A stretch of 64,000 bases of DNA from Sphyrna mokarran. Taxonomy: Eukaryota. The position numbers were made by a program, and so were the translations under genes. The stretch is taken from NCBI GenBank assembly GCA_024679065.1, contig JAGIQG010000040.1, forward strand, positions 3,596,001-3,660,000. Reading direction: 5' to 3'. Below, piece after piece: positions 62,916 to 64,000 of the stretch. The notes under the pieces are model-generated. The model made no database searches. It was not told where the DNA came from and saw nothing but the letters and a program-made list of their open reading frames with translations. How positions within the stretch are numbered: the stretch's first letter is position 1; each line of letters opens with the position of its first letter.

Positions 62916-63818
62916 TGTTGGGAGGTTCCAATCCACTGTGCCCAGATTCTGGTCCCTCTCTCTCTCTCTCTCTTCCTCTGTCACCAGAGCCGCTGGTCTC
63001 TGTTGGTGTCAGAGTTGCCGCTCCCGCTGACTCAATGGGGATAACACAATGAACGGAATCCCTTATTAATAGAAAAGGGAAAACTGTCCAGGCACACTAA
63101 TCAGATCCATGGAGGCTCACATCAATTACAGTCACTAAACAAACAGCTTCACTTCACCCCCTTCAATCCAACACTTTTTATACCCAAAATAGAACATTTA
63201 CAGCTTAGATAAGTATTTGAAGGTCAGGGACGTATGGATAGTTGATAATAATGGAGGGTCGGACTGTAAATCTGTCAATATTTATTCGATATGACAGAAA
63301 TCACTCTGTTAGCGTTCATTTCCAGAGAGCCAGAATGCAAAAGCAGAGATGTACTGCTGACTTTTATTACACTCTGTCAGCAATTTTGAGCCCCGTTTCT
63401 GAGGAAAGATGTGCAGGGCTTGGTAAGGGTCCAGACGAGGTTCACAAAAATGAACCGGCGAGTGTAAGATGTAACACATGAGGAGCGGCTGAGGACTCTT
63501 GGCCAGTGATCGATGGAGTTTGGAAGGACGAGGAGGGGAGATATCATTTAAACTTACAGAATAATGAACGGCCTGGATAGAGTGTACTTCGCAAAAACAT
63601 TCAAAATAGTAGGAGAGACTAGGAGCTGAGGGCAGAGCCTCAGAGGAAAAGGAGCTGTGATGTGGAGAAGCTGGTGTTGAACTGAGTGGGCACAGTAAGA
63701 GGTCTCACAATATCAGTTATCCACTCACCTGATGAAGGAGCAGCGTTCTGAAAGCTCATGATTCTAAATAACCCCATGGGACTTTAACCTGCTGTTGTGA
63801 GACTTCTTTGCATTAGAC

Positions 63819-64000
63819 CATAGAACATAGAACAATACAGCACAGAACACGCCCTTCGGCCTTCGATGTTGTGCCGACCAAAATAAAAAGCAATGCCCCT
63901 CCAAACTAAACCATTCCCTTCTCTTCCATATACTTATCAAGTAACCTCTTAAACGCCACCAAACTTGGCGCATCTACAACAGCTGCAGGCAGGGCATTCC
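63819..64000 (-). mobile_element. Young CR1 LINE 3' end (runs off the window)
   Basis: Near-identical to 57350-57530. Confidence 0.8.

Larger units (their letters stand above)
53535..63810. repeat. Segmental duplication, copy 2
   Basis: Colinear with 29035-38285, with copy-specific insertions and deletions. Confidence 0.92.

Overview
Vertebrate genomic DNA, very likely from a shark or other elasmobranch (shark-type tRNA-derived SINEs, CR1/HER1 LINEs, Penelope elements, and a NAR-TCR cassette). Bases 1-19 kb are part of a T-cell receptor alpha/delta V array with V segments in both orientations. It contains a complete NAR-TCR cassette: leader + IgNAR-like V with a long D-like 3' extension and a 12-RSS (6124-6633), a 23-RSS J (6960-7057), and a leaderless 'supporting' TCR-delta V with a CDR1 cysteine (10970-11314). 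It also holds an inverted pseudogene copy of the supporting V, one intact conventional V, one V with an open exon but no clear leader, and several V pseudogenes. The most unusual observation is that both supporting-V genes are followed by ~55-61 bp tandem repeats carrying extra 23-bp-spacer RSSs. From ~21 kb the V array gives way to decayed tRNA genes and a ~9-10 kb segmental duplication. Each copy holds a two-exon GPR139/142-like class A GPCR with a variable-number 7-aa N-terminal repeat and an exon 2 that looks homogenised by gene conversion. A 5'-inverted Penelope element (GIY-YIG ORF, hammerhead-ribozyme motif) sits at a ~1.9 kb deletion in copy 2. All calls were made by eye without database searches, and repeat boundaries are approximate.
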